Source: Octopus vulgaris
Lineage: Eukaryota
Assembly: GCA_951406725.2 (NCBI GenBank)
Contig: OX597828.1
Coordinates: forward strand, 72,168,001 to 72,232,000
Reading direction: 5' to 3'
Length of the DNA stretch: 64,000 nucleotides
Part shown: positions 50,505-64,000 of the stretch, piece by piece
Layout: the number at the start of each line of letters is the position of its first letter
Position numbering within the stretch: position 1 is the stretch's first letter
The notes under the pieces: model-generated
Databases searched by the model: none
The model's input: only the letters and a program-made list of their open reading frames with translations
Told to the model about the DNA's origin: nothing
Program-made: the position numbers and the translations under genes

Positions 50505-53500
50505 TTAAGGGTATACATATCTGTGGAGTACTCAGTCATTTGCCCTTGAACTTCACAAGCAATTTGGATCAACCAGAACCTTTGTCATCCTAACCGATAG
50601 AGTACCTGTGAGTTATTCCCTTGTCTAAAAGATGGTCTGGTCATCACTTGAATTCCTTTCATCTGGGGCTTGACATGACTGATTAGATAAATGACATATT
50701 TAAAGGCGGTGAACTAGTAGAATTGGTACCTTGCCAGACACAATGGTTTCTGGTTCAGTATGTGCTAAGTTCAAATACCACTGGGGTCAGCTTTTGCCTT
50801 TCATCTCTTCAGAGTTCATAAAATAAAGTACCAGTTGAGTACTGGTGGTGAGAGGTGGTGTGACTAAGAAAATTTGCTGGTCTTGTTCCAAAATCTGAAA
50901 TTATTATTATTATTATTATTATTTGGAGGCATCCAACTGCAAGAATTGTGCCAAAGCAAACCTTACTGGCACTCAGTCCACTCTGTAAAGAGGGTTGGTG
51001 CCAGGAAGGGCATCCAGCCGTAGAAACCCTGCCAAAAACAGACAGTGAAGCGTGATACAGTCTTCTGGCTTGTCAGCTCTTGTCAAACCATCCAGCCTGT
51101 GCCAGCATGGAAAACGGATGTTAAACGATGATGATGATGATGATGATGGGAATATCTAAACCCTAAACCCTCAGCAGTTGTTCAATGTTACAATATAATT
51201 TTCCATTCAACTTCCATTTCGTCTAAACAGTGAATTTTCTTTATTGCTTTCGTCAGACTCCTCCTTAGTTTGACCTTGCTCTCTAGATAGCGTTACCATT
51301 TCCAGAGCCAGCCATTTCCTGTTGTGCAATAAAAGAACACAAATAGTCTATGAATTTCTTCGTATTTTGCTGCCCATCAGATTGTAGTAGTTAGCTTTGT
51401 AAAGTATTTCTCGTCTCATTTGCTATTCATCTAGCTAAATAATTTTATTGATTTAAAAAAAAAAAAATTATTATTTGTTGAATTATAATTACCTGGTCAT
51501 ATGTAGAGCTATTTAGGATAACTACCTAGATATGAGTTCAACGATGGCCTAGCTGGCTAAAACTTTGAAGTCCCTATCAATACTATCATCATCATCAGCA
51601 TCATCTCTTGTTAATAAATCTGTACCCTACAAAAGTGTAGAGTAACCCATCAGATTAAATGTAAATTTGTTTTTATTATAACTAAACATAAAAAACAAGC
51701 ATTAATTCAAATCCACTGACAAGGTTTTGGTTGGTCCAAAGCTATAGCAGAATACACTTGCCCAAGGTGCCAGGGAGTGGGACTGAACCAGGAACCATGT
51801 GGTTGGGAGGCAAGCCTCTTACCACACAGCCACACCTGTGTCTATATACTCTTTTACTTGTTTCAGTCATTTGACTGCGGCCATGCTGGAGCACCGCCTT
51901 TAATCGAGCAACTCGACCCCGGGACTTATTCTTTTGTAAGCCCAGTACTTATTCTATCGGTCTCTTTTGCCGAACCGCTAAGTGATATGTTCATTTTTAT
52001 TTCTATTTTTAAAATGGAATCTTATGGAATCATGTTTACTATAGTGCTGCTGCTGCTGTGTGTGTGTGTGTGTGTGTGTGTGTGATTCATCTTCATGTCT
52101 TGTACATGACGCCAATGTACAGACCTTTGTCATATTACCAAACTACTTTGTGTCTCATAAATGGCGACTATTCCTATGTGTCATAAGATTTTACTGTTTC
52201 ATCTCTCTCTCTCTCCCTCTCTCTTTCTTTCTTTCTCATTCATTACCTTAACTTGCCCTTTCTACTCTTATTGTGTACCTGATTACCTCTCAAAAAATAA
52301 CCTACTTTTCTATGTCAACTTTTCATTTTCATTACTTCGTTATCATTAAAAAAGACAACAACCACACAACAACAACAACAACAACCTGTTCCATAAGAAA
52401 GTACTTGTGATCTTTTGTGTCTCGTTAGCTGCTGTACATCCAGGCCAGACTAATCTAACCAGTTTGACCGTTTAGAATTAGTGTTTCCACTGGTTTCTTT
52501 AGTCTCTCTCTCTAAAACTCTCAAAAGCCAAAACTTTTTATTTGTTTATTTATTTATTCATTTATTGTTTACTCTCTTAATAATTAGCCGTAGTTTTATT
52601 AGTTTTTCAAAAATAATTCATAAATCTCGTTTGTTCTAGACGATGATGATGATGATGTTGATGATCTTGAAGGTGTTTAAAAAAAAATCGCAAATAAAAT
52701 TACCTCTGTCTTTTTACTAGTTTCATCATGTAGGCTGTGGCCATTCTGGAGTATTGTCATGTCAGGTGAGGGACGGAGGCATGTGCCATTGCCGTGTGTC
52801 ACTGCAACCATCGTTTGTTTGTTTTTGCTCAGGTTGTCCGAGGCAGCCATTTGAGTGTTGACCATGTCATTACCCGTCCTCATTTACTGCGACCATATGG
52901 CATGTGACTGACCAACATGAACGGCCATCTCAGCTGAATTCTCAGAAAAGAGAACCCAATATGCAGAATTGAACTTAGAAACTTAAGCAGCCTGACCCCA
53001 AAAGCAGTGTGATACTCTCAAATCATATAAGTAACAGGACAAATCATAGTTTCTGAGTATAGTTGTTGGTTGTATACAAAATCTGGCTAGTGGTAACCCA
53101 TAACCCTGTGGGGCTTCCTGATACCAAAGGAGTTCAGGTGGCCCCTAAGGGCCGAACAATGTCCAAGTCTCATAACTATATAGCAAAACAAGAAGGACCA
53201 GAGACCTGAAGATCTGAACCTTTGTCCCTTCTGCTCAGATATCGGCAGTGCCAAATATCCATGTCTATGATAAAATATTAAGATAATTTATTTTAAATTG
53301 TTTTAAATCAGCTTTGTTGTAATTAGTGGCTATTGTAAATAGTTTGTTGTTTTTGTTCTCCAACAGCTGCTGCGGAAGTTAATGAATAGTTCATTATATC
53401 TAAGTGACTTTAGCAATTTGACCAGTTGATACCAATGTTAACTTAAACTAAAACACAATTTTAACTTACCTGAGAAGCAGTGCCTTTGTTTTGACTAGGA

Positions 53501-55160
53501 ATGACTATCAGTACCATGGTTATTTACATTCTATTAAATGTTGGGTTGAGAAGTTTCCTTTAGTCTTGTCAAAGACCCGACAACCTCACTAGCTCCTGGC
53601 ACACTCTGTAAAGTGGTCAGTTTTAAGGAAGGGTAACCAGCTGCAGAAACAAAACCAAAAATTAAGCTGATGAGTGAAATGTGGTCCTCTGACCCATATT
53701 GGAGCTTGTCAGCAAGCCATCCTAACGCATACAGGCATTGGAAAATGGACATAAAATAATGATGATGACAAGCAGCTGTTGGTCCTTGACATTCATTAAT
53801 GATGTAAATTAATATTAAAATTTAAAACAGGGTTTTTCTCTCATCCAATCATTGTTGCATTTGTTTTTAGTAGCAAACAAAAAAAAAAGTATTCACAAAT
53901 ATTTTCTTTAATAAAATATTTACTGACATTTATTAATATTTTGTTTTAATAAGGCAGCCAACAGGTAGAACCATTTGGGCAAAATGCTTAGCGGCATTTT
54001 ATCTGTCTTTGCGTTCTGAGTTCAAATTCTGCCGAGGTTAACTCTGCCTTTTTGGAGTTAATAAAATTAGTACCAGTTGAACGCTGGGGGTCGATATAAT
54101 TGACTAGCCCTCACCTGCAAAATTGCCAAAAAATTCTGCCAAAATTTGATACCAGTTTTTTATTTTAATAAGATTTTTACTAACATTTATTAATATTAAC
54201 AAATATTTTATTTTTAATAAACTATTTACCAATATTCATTTGTGCGTCCTTTGCGTCATCAGTTCTCCATTTTCGAAATGCAAACACCCCCCACCCCACT
54301 ACATTGCAGAAATGTTGGAATTCCTCAGTGTGGAACATTTTTTTCATTGAAGTCAATGGCTAATATGTTCCATGTTACAGAATTTCATGTCATGGCATGG
54401 TTATCAGAAATGCCAGCCTTCTGTAACAAAGGATGGATGCCTCTACACTGTATCTTCATATATTTCACCTGTGAGTTCCATCTTTTCTCTACCGTTCTGT
54501 TGAGTCATTTCTGGGCAAATGGGATTCATCTCTTTCGTCAGGTGCCATATTTATGGCACTGTGCCTGTGTTAGATTTGAACTCATTAATATTTATTTCAT
54601 ACAGGCTTCCAACCCACTTAGCCCTTTTGATTCCAACTCACCTGAGACCATGGAGGTGCATCACTTAATGGTTAGGGTGTTGCAGTCATGATTGTAAGAT
54701 TGTGGTTTCAATTCCTGGACCGGGTGACACATTGTGTTCTTGAGTAAATCACTTCATTTCATGTTGCTCTAGTCCACTCAAAAAGGAGTGACCCGACACT
54801 GGACTCCTCACCTGTCCAGGTGAAGAGGAATTTATACTCCATGGAAACTGGGAAACCAGCCCTTATGAGTCTCTATGACTCAAGAAGGTAGCCTTTACCT
54901 TTTAACTACCTGAGGCCACACCTGGCTCTATGACACAGCATTCCTATTTCAGAAACGATCGAAATTAAAAACCTTCCTTCAAAATTCTGTTTTGATTTAT
55001 GTTCAAAACACCAGCTTAGTTATAATAAAGTTTTTTTACTAATTTTTCCATTAGTTTCAAAATCAATTAAAACAAAGGCAGTGAATTTCAACAAGACTCT
55101 GGTGACAAAAGGGTGAATCCACCCTGTTACGGGGCTGTAGGACAGATTTATCAAGCACAT

Positions 55161-55408
55161 CTGTAGTTCTCAGCTATTTTTTTGCTTATAGACCCCCCCC
55201 ACACCCATTTGGGTCTTATTTTACTGTACCGGATGCTCATAGTAATTCGTTGTATATAAAACAAATGCTATTTTATTTTTATAGTCAGATGTTATTAGGA
55301 ATTTTATAAAATATTTAAAATATTTTGTGTCTTGTAAGATTATAACCAGTTTATTGCATAAGAATTTTAACAACAAAATCTTACATGGACCCTGGCTGAG
55401 AACCACAA
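55161..55408. mobile_element. hAT-like MITE
   Basis: TIRs TGTAGTTCTCAGC / GCTGAGAACCACA; interior similar to 11746-12046. Confidence 0.6.
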
Positions 55409-56425
55409 AATTAAATCATCATCATCATCTTCATCATTTAATGGTGATAAAACGTATTTTAAGAAATGGCAATTATTGTGAGATAAACACTGCATCAAGC
55501 CAAAAGTGTCAATGGTGCTTACAAAAGACTATGACTTCTGTGGTAGTCACCCACCACACCACCTTATGCTTGCATCTATACTTCTAGGGATAAGACAGAC
55601 ATTTATTGTCAGTTTGCTGTGTTGGCAGAGAAGATCTAAAGTGTCTGTAGACAACGTAACTTCAGAACTGTGTTTCTGGGGTAACGTGACACCACATTTT
55701 CATCTCAGTCAAGAGATGAAAGATTAAAAGAGTGGTGTATGAAACATGCCAGCTCTGTATGCTTGCACAACAGTTTATGTAGAGAAGGGGGTACCTCTTA
55801 AAGATTAGAAGGGGGTACCTCTTAGTGATTTAGAGTTACAGAAGAGCATTCAGAAAACTCTGTTTAATCAGGGGTGAAACAACAAAATGAAGAATTTTAG
55901 AATACGGTTAGAGATTGTATGAGTGGAATAAAGAATCAGTGAAGACAATGGAAAAGAAAAGAGGCAGCACCAAGAATCAAGTGAGTAGGATTGGTGTCGG
56001 GTGGAGGGGACGGGGGTAGAAATATGGGTTTATTATCAAATAAAGGTTTAAAGGGGTGAGCTGGCGGAATCGTTAGCAGCATTTTGTCTGTCTTTATGTT
56101 CTGAGGTCAAATTTTGCCTTGCATCCTTTCAGGGTCGATAAAATAAGTACCAGTTGATCACTGGGTGGGAGATGGGGGTGGGGGTGTTTGTGTCAATGTA
56201 ATTAACTCCCCCTCCCCCCAAATTACTCATCTTGTGCCAAAATTTGAAACCATTATTAAGTATAGGTTTACATAGAATTGCATTTGACAAACATTTGTTC
56301 TACAGGGCACTTTGGTGTATCAGATAAATTCTTTGGAACCTTACATTAAGTAATTGCAGTATCAGATCCAACTTCTATACACAAACAGGGCAAATATGGC
56401 ACCTGACAAAAATGGTAATGGAATT

Positions 56426-56501
<76 letters not shown>

Positions 56502-57322
56502 ATAATATCTCTATGTAAATAATATCTCTACAATCTCTAGTATATTTTTATATGAAATATGTTATGTAAATATATCATCTTACTCATACATGTGTTTAAT
56601 ATTTCTCATCGACATCGACATATCTCTATACATAGATAAATAATATCGCTAATCAAATACTATTTTTTCTACATAAAACTGTGTATGAACAGTTTGATGG
56701 GACTGTTTAACATTCTTCCTTCATGTTTTCTGCTGAAACGGTCAACTGGCAGAATTGCTAGAATAGTGGCTATTTGCCTTGTGCCACATGTTCCTGCTCA
56801 TTGTATTTTGAGTTCAAATCCTGTCAAAGTCAACCGCACCTATGATCCTTTAGGAGTAAATGAATAAAAAAATAAAAAGGAAGAAGGGCAGGGGGCATTT
56901 CCTCCCCCCCTCTCTCTCTGTCACCTTTGCTCTTTCCCTCTCATAATCAGCTGATCTCTGCTTAGCCTTATTCATTCCAATAAGGATGCCAACTGGACCC
57001 ACTCTTGGGGGAAACTGGACTTAAGGGGCTGGCAAACTACCCTGCTACCTAGAAACAAATACAGTACACAAGGATGGGTTGGTGTGTGATGCAACCCAAG
57101 AGGGAGTTATGATCCTTGTGGATGGCTCAGGGTGTGACACAGTCCTCAAAGCAGGTATGGTGCATACCAATAAGCCAGTGTGTGACTCAGCACGACGAAG
57201 ACTAATGACTAAACATATTTACTTCCTTCATGTTTGATCTTACCGGTTCTTCACAACTTTAGGTTATCAATCAACTACCTCACCATCACTATTATCATTA
57301 TTATTTGTTTAACTTTTGCTTA

Positions 57323-57372
<50 letters not shown>

Positions 57373-58300
57373 TAGACATTGCACAGTATACAATATCGTG
57401 AGGTTGTTAATTGAAGGTATTGTCTAGGCGGCGAGCTGGCAGAAACGTTAGCACGCCGGGCGAAATGCGTAGCCGTATTCCGCCGAGGTCGACTTTGCCT
57501 TTCATCCTTTTGGGGTCGATAAATTAAGTACCAGTTACGCACTGGGATCGATGTAATCGACTTAATACCTATGTCTGTCCTTGTTTGTCCCCTCTGCCTT
57601 TAGCCCCTTGCGGGTTATAAAGAAATAGGTATTGTGTCTACCTGGGGTTTGTACTGTTTGTCAAGTCACAACAAGGACCTCAGACAGACAGTACTTTATG
57701 CAATATGCATGCAGTTCTGAGTAATGCTGACTTTTGCAATACACCTAGATTGTAGGGTATTTGTAAGGTTTTCAGACGTTCTATTCAGATTGGGTGATAT
57801 TGAACCCAATGCTCCGATGACAATAGGGACAACCTTTATGTTTGACTCTCGTACCTGCCACACCTTAGCAATCTCAATTCTCAGGTCCCCATATTTATCA
57901 ACTTTTCCTCTTTCTTCCATGATGATATGTTGATCTCCTGGCACAGCCACATCGATTATTTGACCCTCTTGTTTGTCCCTCCTAAAGGTTACTATATCCG
58001 GCCTTTGGTGCTCTGACACCTTGTCTGTCTGAAAGTCAAAGTCCCAGAGGATCTTTGCCTTCCCCTTTTCGTTCATTACCTTTTCCATGTTGGTACCAAG
58101 CACCTGTAACCTCACATCCATACTTATGGCATAGCAGCCAGTGGAGGTTTTGGGCTACCTTGTCATGTCTATGCGTCTACTCTTTCTGCGAAAGACTTCC
58201 ACAAGCACTGACAATGTGAGTCATGCTTTTGACCCTCTTCCGATGCACTTGTGTGGTTTATATGTTCTTTTTCACTGAGTTGGTATTCAATGCCTTGTCC
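57373..58300 (-). mobile_element. R4/Dong-clade non-LTR retrotransposon 3' fragment (restriction-like endonuclease)
   Basis: DKALNTNSVKKNI...HIVSAC...RHDKVA..LHW.LC...KILWDFDFQTD....HQRPDIV....IIDVAVPGD....KVDKY.DL..EI...W....VVPIVIGALG (PD-(D/E)xK type RLE), frameshifted; (TAA)n on both sides. Confidence 0.9.
57427..57626 (+). mobile_element. Family B SINE inserted in the Dong 3' UTR
   Basis: GGCGGCGAGCTGGCAGAAACG...TAAAGAAAT, flanked by AGGTATTGTCTA / AGGTATTGTGTCTA (near-TSD). Confidence 0.85.
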
Positions 58301-59973
58301 TATTATTATTATTGTTATTGTTATAGTCATTTTCCATGCTAACAATGTTAGTTGACAATCTCTTTCAGCTTTATATCTGTTTGTCATTTCCTCTTGTTGG
58401 CTCCACCTCTCTACACTCCATTGTTAAATACGCTTCATTTAGTAAACTTCCATTTTTTAAAACCTAAGCCAACTCATATCTTCAAATCATACTGTAACAT
58501 TGTCATGAAGTCCAAACAGACCACAGCAAACACAGTGTGAGGTTTGAAGTTTAAACCACATTAAAAATCTGAAGTGTTGTACTCCAAGATCTAAAACTCG
58601 TACTCCAAGATCTAAAACTCGTCCCTTTTTTGAGTATAACTCTTTATAACAAGTAGCACTCGTCCTACTCCAGAGTCCAGCTGTTGCCCTCAGGTAATAT
58701 AGAATAAAATTAGTGACTTATTTAATTTCTTTCGGAATATTTTGTTGCTAAATTTATATTATTTTGGTTTTTAATTTTAAAATTTTGCAATTTTTGTTTC
58801 ATCATCATCATCATCATCATCGTTTAACGTCCGTTTTCTGGACGTTTCTGAATTAATATGAAGATGTTAGATGTTTATCTGGCCAGGTTATTCTTTTTTT
58901 AAATATTGTTGAGGCTTGGATGGGTGGTTAAGAAACTAGCTTCCTAGTCACATGGTTTCAGGTTCAATCTCATTATGGGGGACTTTGGGCAAATGTTTTT
59001 TACTATAGCCCTGGGCAGACCAAAGTTTTGTGAGTAGATTTGGTTAATGGAAACTGAAAGAAGTCAACTCTACGTGTGTGTGTGTGTGTGTCTTGTCTTG
59101 TCTCAGAATCATGTGATAACTGTGTATGAGCATGACAGTGTGTCATACAAGTTTTGTCATTCGTATCCAGTATTCCATGAAAACATAACCATGATTGGCA
59201 ACAGGTGAGGGTTGGCAACAGGATGGGCATTCTGCTGTAGAAAATTTGCCTCAACAAAATCTCATCTGATCCATGCAAGCGGGGAAAAGTAGACTTTAAA
59301 ACAATGAAGATGATATAATTTTACAAACTTCAGGATAATATAGATATGTAAAAATGTTTAACTCTTTTGTTACCATATTTCTGTTGAGATGCTCTGTGTT
59401 TCTTTCAATTAATTTTAGATATAACAAAGAATTTAGTAAAATAACTTAGTTATCATTCAGCTAGGGTCAGGAACATAAATTGTGATTAAGGTTTGGTGGA
59501 AGATTTTAATTCAGAACTTTTGAAAACAAGACATTTGTACTACAGAGTCAGAGGTGGTTTCAGCCGGGTTGGTGCCAAAAGGGTTAAGAAATCAATATAT
59601 CCGATTATCTCCCTTCACATGTGAGACTCAAATGTTTTGCTGTTGAATGGTATTTTACATTCTCTGTCTTTGAGATTCCCATGCTGCTTTAAATCTTGAA
59701 TGTTCAAACTAGCCTGACCTGGCCTCTCACACTTACCCTAAAATGTTATTCTAAAATTCAACAATCACATCACCACACTCTCAAAGCTATTATGAGATAA
59801 TGCAGGATTAACTCTTTAGCATTTAAAATTAGCCACATCCAACCCAAATATTCTACTTGTTTTAATGTTCAAACCTATTAGATCTGACATCTCACACTTA
59901 CCCTACAATGTCATTCTAAGAATCAAACAATCACATCATTGAAATCTTGAAGCTACAAGATAGTAAATGCTTA

Positions 59974-60137
59974 CCGTATTTTAATGTGTATAAGGAACCC
60001 CTGTGTATAAGGAACCTCCTAATTTTTGGGACTTAAAATTCGGTAAAAAGGTCTTGTAAGGGATTTTATAAGAAACTTTCATATTCTTTGAACCTAATTT
60101 TAACAAAAAAGGCTTCCTTATACACCTTAAAATATGG
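59974..60137. mobile_element. Tc1/pogo-like MITE (TA TSD) nested in a second TTAA-type MITE (~59810-60203)
   Basis: TA|CCGTATTTTAATGTGTATAAGGAA ... TTCCTTATACACCTTAAAATATGG|TA. Confidence 0.75.
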
Positions 60138-63100
60138 TAATTCAAAACAATGTGAATAAATAAGCATCACATTTGACAGAGTAATCCGTATGCTAAATGG
60201 TTAATATACTGGCGCCGTGTCTAAAGTTGTGGTGTCATGTAGAACTCTGGTTTTTTAGATCTGTAACACATAATCAGAAAACTGCTGAAGACTGTGAGCA
60301 GACCTATTGATTAGTTGCTAGGTGTGCAATAGGTACCGACTAGGTTTTAATTTTAAATTATTGATTCTTCAGTTGTGTTTTTTTTTATATATATTTTGTG
60401 GGTTTTTTTAAAACTTTTTTACTGATTGATACAAGAAACAGTTTGACTGGAACAGGCTTCTCTGGAAACTGTGCAGTCAGCTGGTGCAGATTAATCGCAA
60501 TGGAAATTTAAGAAACCTGACATAGATTTGCTGCTTTAAGTGCTCCTCATTCTTTGATGAATGTGTGTGTGTGGAGGCAAAGGAAGAATATGGATTCTTT
60601 TAATGGAAAGTAGAAGATGATTCCTGTCGCTTCTTTAATGGCGGCAGAGTTTGGGGTAGAAAAAGGGTAGAAGACTATATAGAATTGTCAACGTAGATCA
60701 AGCAGGGCAATGATCAATGGCATTCCATCCATGAACATTCCATCTTGTTTCTTGTACATAGAAGTACATTTTCTGATGTCCCATTCTTACGTAAAATGAC
60801 AAGATGTGATTTGAAGGAAATTTGGCTGCTATTTCTAGCAGGTCAAGTGACTGTCTACTGCAGTCATGAACAAACTGTGGCCCATGGGACTTTCTGAATA
60901 GCACACCTAATGGAAAATTATCTTGAATTTCTTTTTAGTAGTGTAGCCCACTTGATGACAAACGCTGTCTCATGTGGCCCACCTGATGATGAAGCGTGTC
61001 TCATGCTGTCCACTTCTTGAAGAAGGTCATGAATGCCTGTGACCTGGTGTCTCCCTTCTTCATTTGCTTCTTTGAAAAATTGTTGTTTTGGTTATTGCCA
61101 GCCAACACATGTCTCGTCCTCATAGGATGATGTAAGGGGTGTGGGATGATAGGAACAAGGGTTGTACTTTGACTTCAGGTGAAAGAAACATAACGTTAGT
61201 AGTGGAAGTGACAACAGGGGAAGCTAAAGTCCAAGAGTGGACATTGGAAAGAACTTCAGTCTGTCGTTGATACAAGTGCCGTATATTGGTTTGGGTGGAA
61301 GGGATATAAACCCCAGAAAGTCTCTTGATTTATTCATGTTTTGGGTAAATTTACATTCTGTATAAATTTGGACCAATTTTTATCCAAAATACTAGAGGGA
61401 CCTCCATTGTAGCAGTTAGGCATGAAGAAGAGCAGCTCTGAAGTCCAACTCGCTAATTTACCATGAAACAGCAGAGGCAAAAAAAAACCTAAACAAAGTG
61501 AAAGGTAGTGCTCCAGCATGGCTCCAGCTTCTAGCTGAAACCAGTAAAATAAATAAAAGAAATATATGAAGTTAGCTGCTGTTTAGAGATGAAGAAATTT
61601 TCAGTTCTATAAATGAGAACCGTCATTCTCTGTGATACAAGTTTGGTTATGTGAAGAATGGTTGGCCTTCATGGTATGTCAAAGAGTTTGTGAGTGGTTG
61701 GTGCTGAGTAATTTCTTATGAGTAATATAAGCTGTGGTTTTAGCTTATGTGGCAGCAACACAACTGCAGGTAAACATTTGGGATGAGGGTTGGTCGTATG
61801 TGGGTTGGCCGTGTGCAGGATGTGTTGGGTGGGTGGATGGTTTATTTGGCAATCTTAGCTCAGCTGGAAATGAATAAACGTTTAGGCTGCCATGAATAAT
61901 CAACAAAGAATTAGTGAAAATATGGCTAATTAATCAAATTGTATCATTGCTGTGTGATATTTTAATAATATCACCATCACAGATTGTTTTGGTGGTAGTG
62001 GTCGTCGTGGTGGGGTTACCCTGTTGGTGGTGCAGATTCTGGAATGTCTGTAAAGCAGAGAAAAGGTTTGAGTGTGAGTAATGTCAAATGATCAAAGACT
62101 AAAGGTAGATGGATCGATTGATGTAGGAGGCTGTTACTTGTCCACCATGTTTAGTTCTAGTCACAGGTAGATACCAACCTGCATTCTATTACTCGTTAGA
62201 AGCTCACTTTTGGCATCTCTTGTTATATTTTCTATCTAAAAGTCTGTTACTGTGGTTAATTAACGATTAATTATTAATTTAGTCAATTGGAAGAGGTAAT
62301 TAGGATCATCAATAATTGTCTTTGTTTAAAATAATTTTCATGATTGAAAAAAATGCAATGTGATGGGCATGTCCCATCGAAATCCCTGGTTCTTTTCCAA
62401 TTCCTATGGTTAAGGAGTGTTAAGCTTAGCGCTCAACCCTTCCGTTACTATGTCTCTGCTGAAATATATTGCCTTCGTTTTAATTCATGTTGAAAATTAA
62501 TGAGAAATTTGTTAAAATAACTTTATCCAAGAAGCTCGCTTCACACCTGCATGGTTTCAGGTTCAATTTCTCTGCACAGCACCATGGGCAAGTGTCCTGG
62601 GTCAACCGATGCCTTGTTTGGTAGATGGAGACTGTGTGGAAGCCCACCATGTGTGTGTGTGTGTGTATTTTTGTTTGGCCTCCACTCACTACTTGCTGAT
62701 TGGTCTTGGTTTGTTTACGTCCCTGTAACTTAGCAGTTTGGCAAAAGGAAACCAATAGAATAAGCACCAGACTTTAGAACAAGTCCTGGGGTCATTTAGA
62801 TTGATTAAAACCTTCATGGCGGTGCCCCAGCATGGCCGTAGTCTAATGTCTGAAATGACTAAAGATAACCGAATAGTTTGTGGAATGAAAGTTGCTTCGT
62901 TAATTCTAACGAGAAGCCTCTTATTGATTTCTCTGCTGTTTTGGTAGATCTCTAAGTGTCCCTAACCATGTGGAAAAATTCCCTTACAATTTCCTTCTGT
63001 AGAGGCGTCTTTGAAATAAGAGTTTGAGGTAACGGCAGATAATAGGAACTTGTTTATTCTGCAGCATGTTTACCTCTCTACGCTTTTCACTCTGATTCCT

Positions 63101-64000
63101 GTTCTAAGTCTACCAACCAGCTCCGCTAACAAACACAGTAGACTACACCTTTCATTGTTTGTCTTTCTCTGTCTCTTCCCCTGCTACTCTGTCTCCCGTG
63201 TTGTACTTAGACTATTTGCATTTATTTATTTTCCTTTTGGGTTTTGTTTGTTTGTTTTTGTAAGAGTTTCCTTGTCTGTGACTTTTATTAAAAACATTTG
63301 CCTAATCTAAAATATTTATCCTTCTTTGATGAACAAACAGTGATTATTTGCTAAGCTGACTGAAGGTACATTTCAAACGAGTGAGCACATCTGACGTCTT
63401 TCCTCAGTCGTTAGTCTTATAGAATATCTCATGTTTTTCACTGGAACTAATAAACAGGACAAAAACCATTGTTTTCACACCGTAACATCAAAATTTATTA
63501 TGCTTTTCTTCCAATTTCTATTTGGACGTAAGAAAAATTTTAAAGATATTTTCTTTACTTCCTGTTTTGGTACCATTTTTCATTCCATCAAATGGATTTC
63601 CAGAGACTTGAGCAAGCTTCGGATAGAGATCTATAGGCTTGGGAACAGGGGATGCAGGGGGGTGAAAATGCACCCCTTAGAATTTGGGCAGGGGGCTTTG
63701 AAAAGGCTTTGAACATTCTCCTGCAAAACTGGGTTTTCACCCTTGAAGCAAATTTTGTTCTCATTCTTTTGTAAAGATCGGCACTAAAAAAAACACAAAA
63801 AAAACGCAGAATCCTGGCAGTCATCAGGGAACCAGAGCAGCTGACCATACACTGCCAAAAGGTCAAGTCGGTTCTGGTTGACAAGTTTAAATACATGAGC
63901 TCCGCTGTTGACCAAAGAGTGGACTGCAGCCTGGAAAGCAGAACTGGTCTTGGTGCAGTGAGGTCAGTTCTGAGCTTTGCAGTCACTTTGTGCAGTATGG

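Noticed and set aside
63588-63986. 132-aa minus-strand ORF at the window end
   Set aside because: No motif I can recognise; possibly a decayed transposon, cannot be assigned.

Overview
Repeat-dense, AT-rich metazoan genomic DNA, most likely an octopus (inferred from the SINE families and the heavy TA/CA/CAT/TAA microsatellite load). It contains the 5' part of a + strand DUSP8/DUSP16-type MAP kinase (JNK/p38) phosphatase gene. Three coding exons (8760-8906, 10413-10523, 20001-20175) encode the rhodanese/kinase-binding domain, and I could not find the catalytic exons, so intron 3 appears to exceed 43 kb. The rest is SINEs, MITEs, Helitron/Helentron, mariner, RTE, R4/Dong and Penelope fragments, plus one 100-N gap. 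The main hidden signals are: (i) a set of minimal type I hammerhead ribozyme motifs in short microsatellite-associated elements, including a head-to-head foldback pair with a compensatory G3-C8 core and a Penelope tail with a tRNA-like Pol III head upstream of its hammerhead; (ii) several long palindromes in (TA)n tracts, one with perfect 105-bp arms; (iii) a tandem array of AP-1/ARE sites inside this JNK-phosphatase intron; (iv) a uORF whose stop overlaps the DUSP start codon. All calls come from reading the sequence by eye, repeat boundaries are approximate, and only representative SINE copies are listed.
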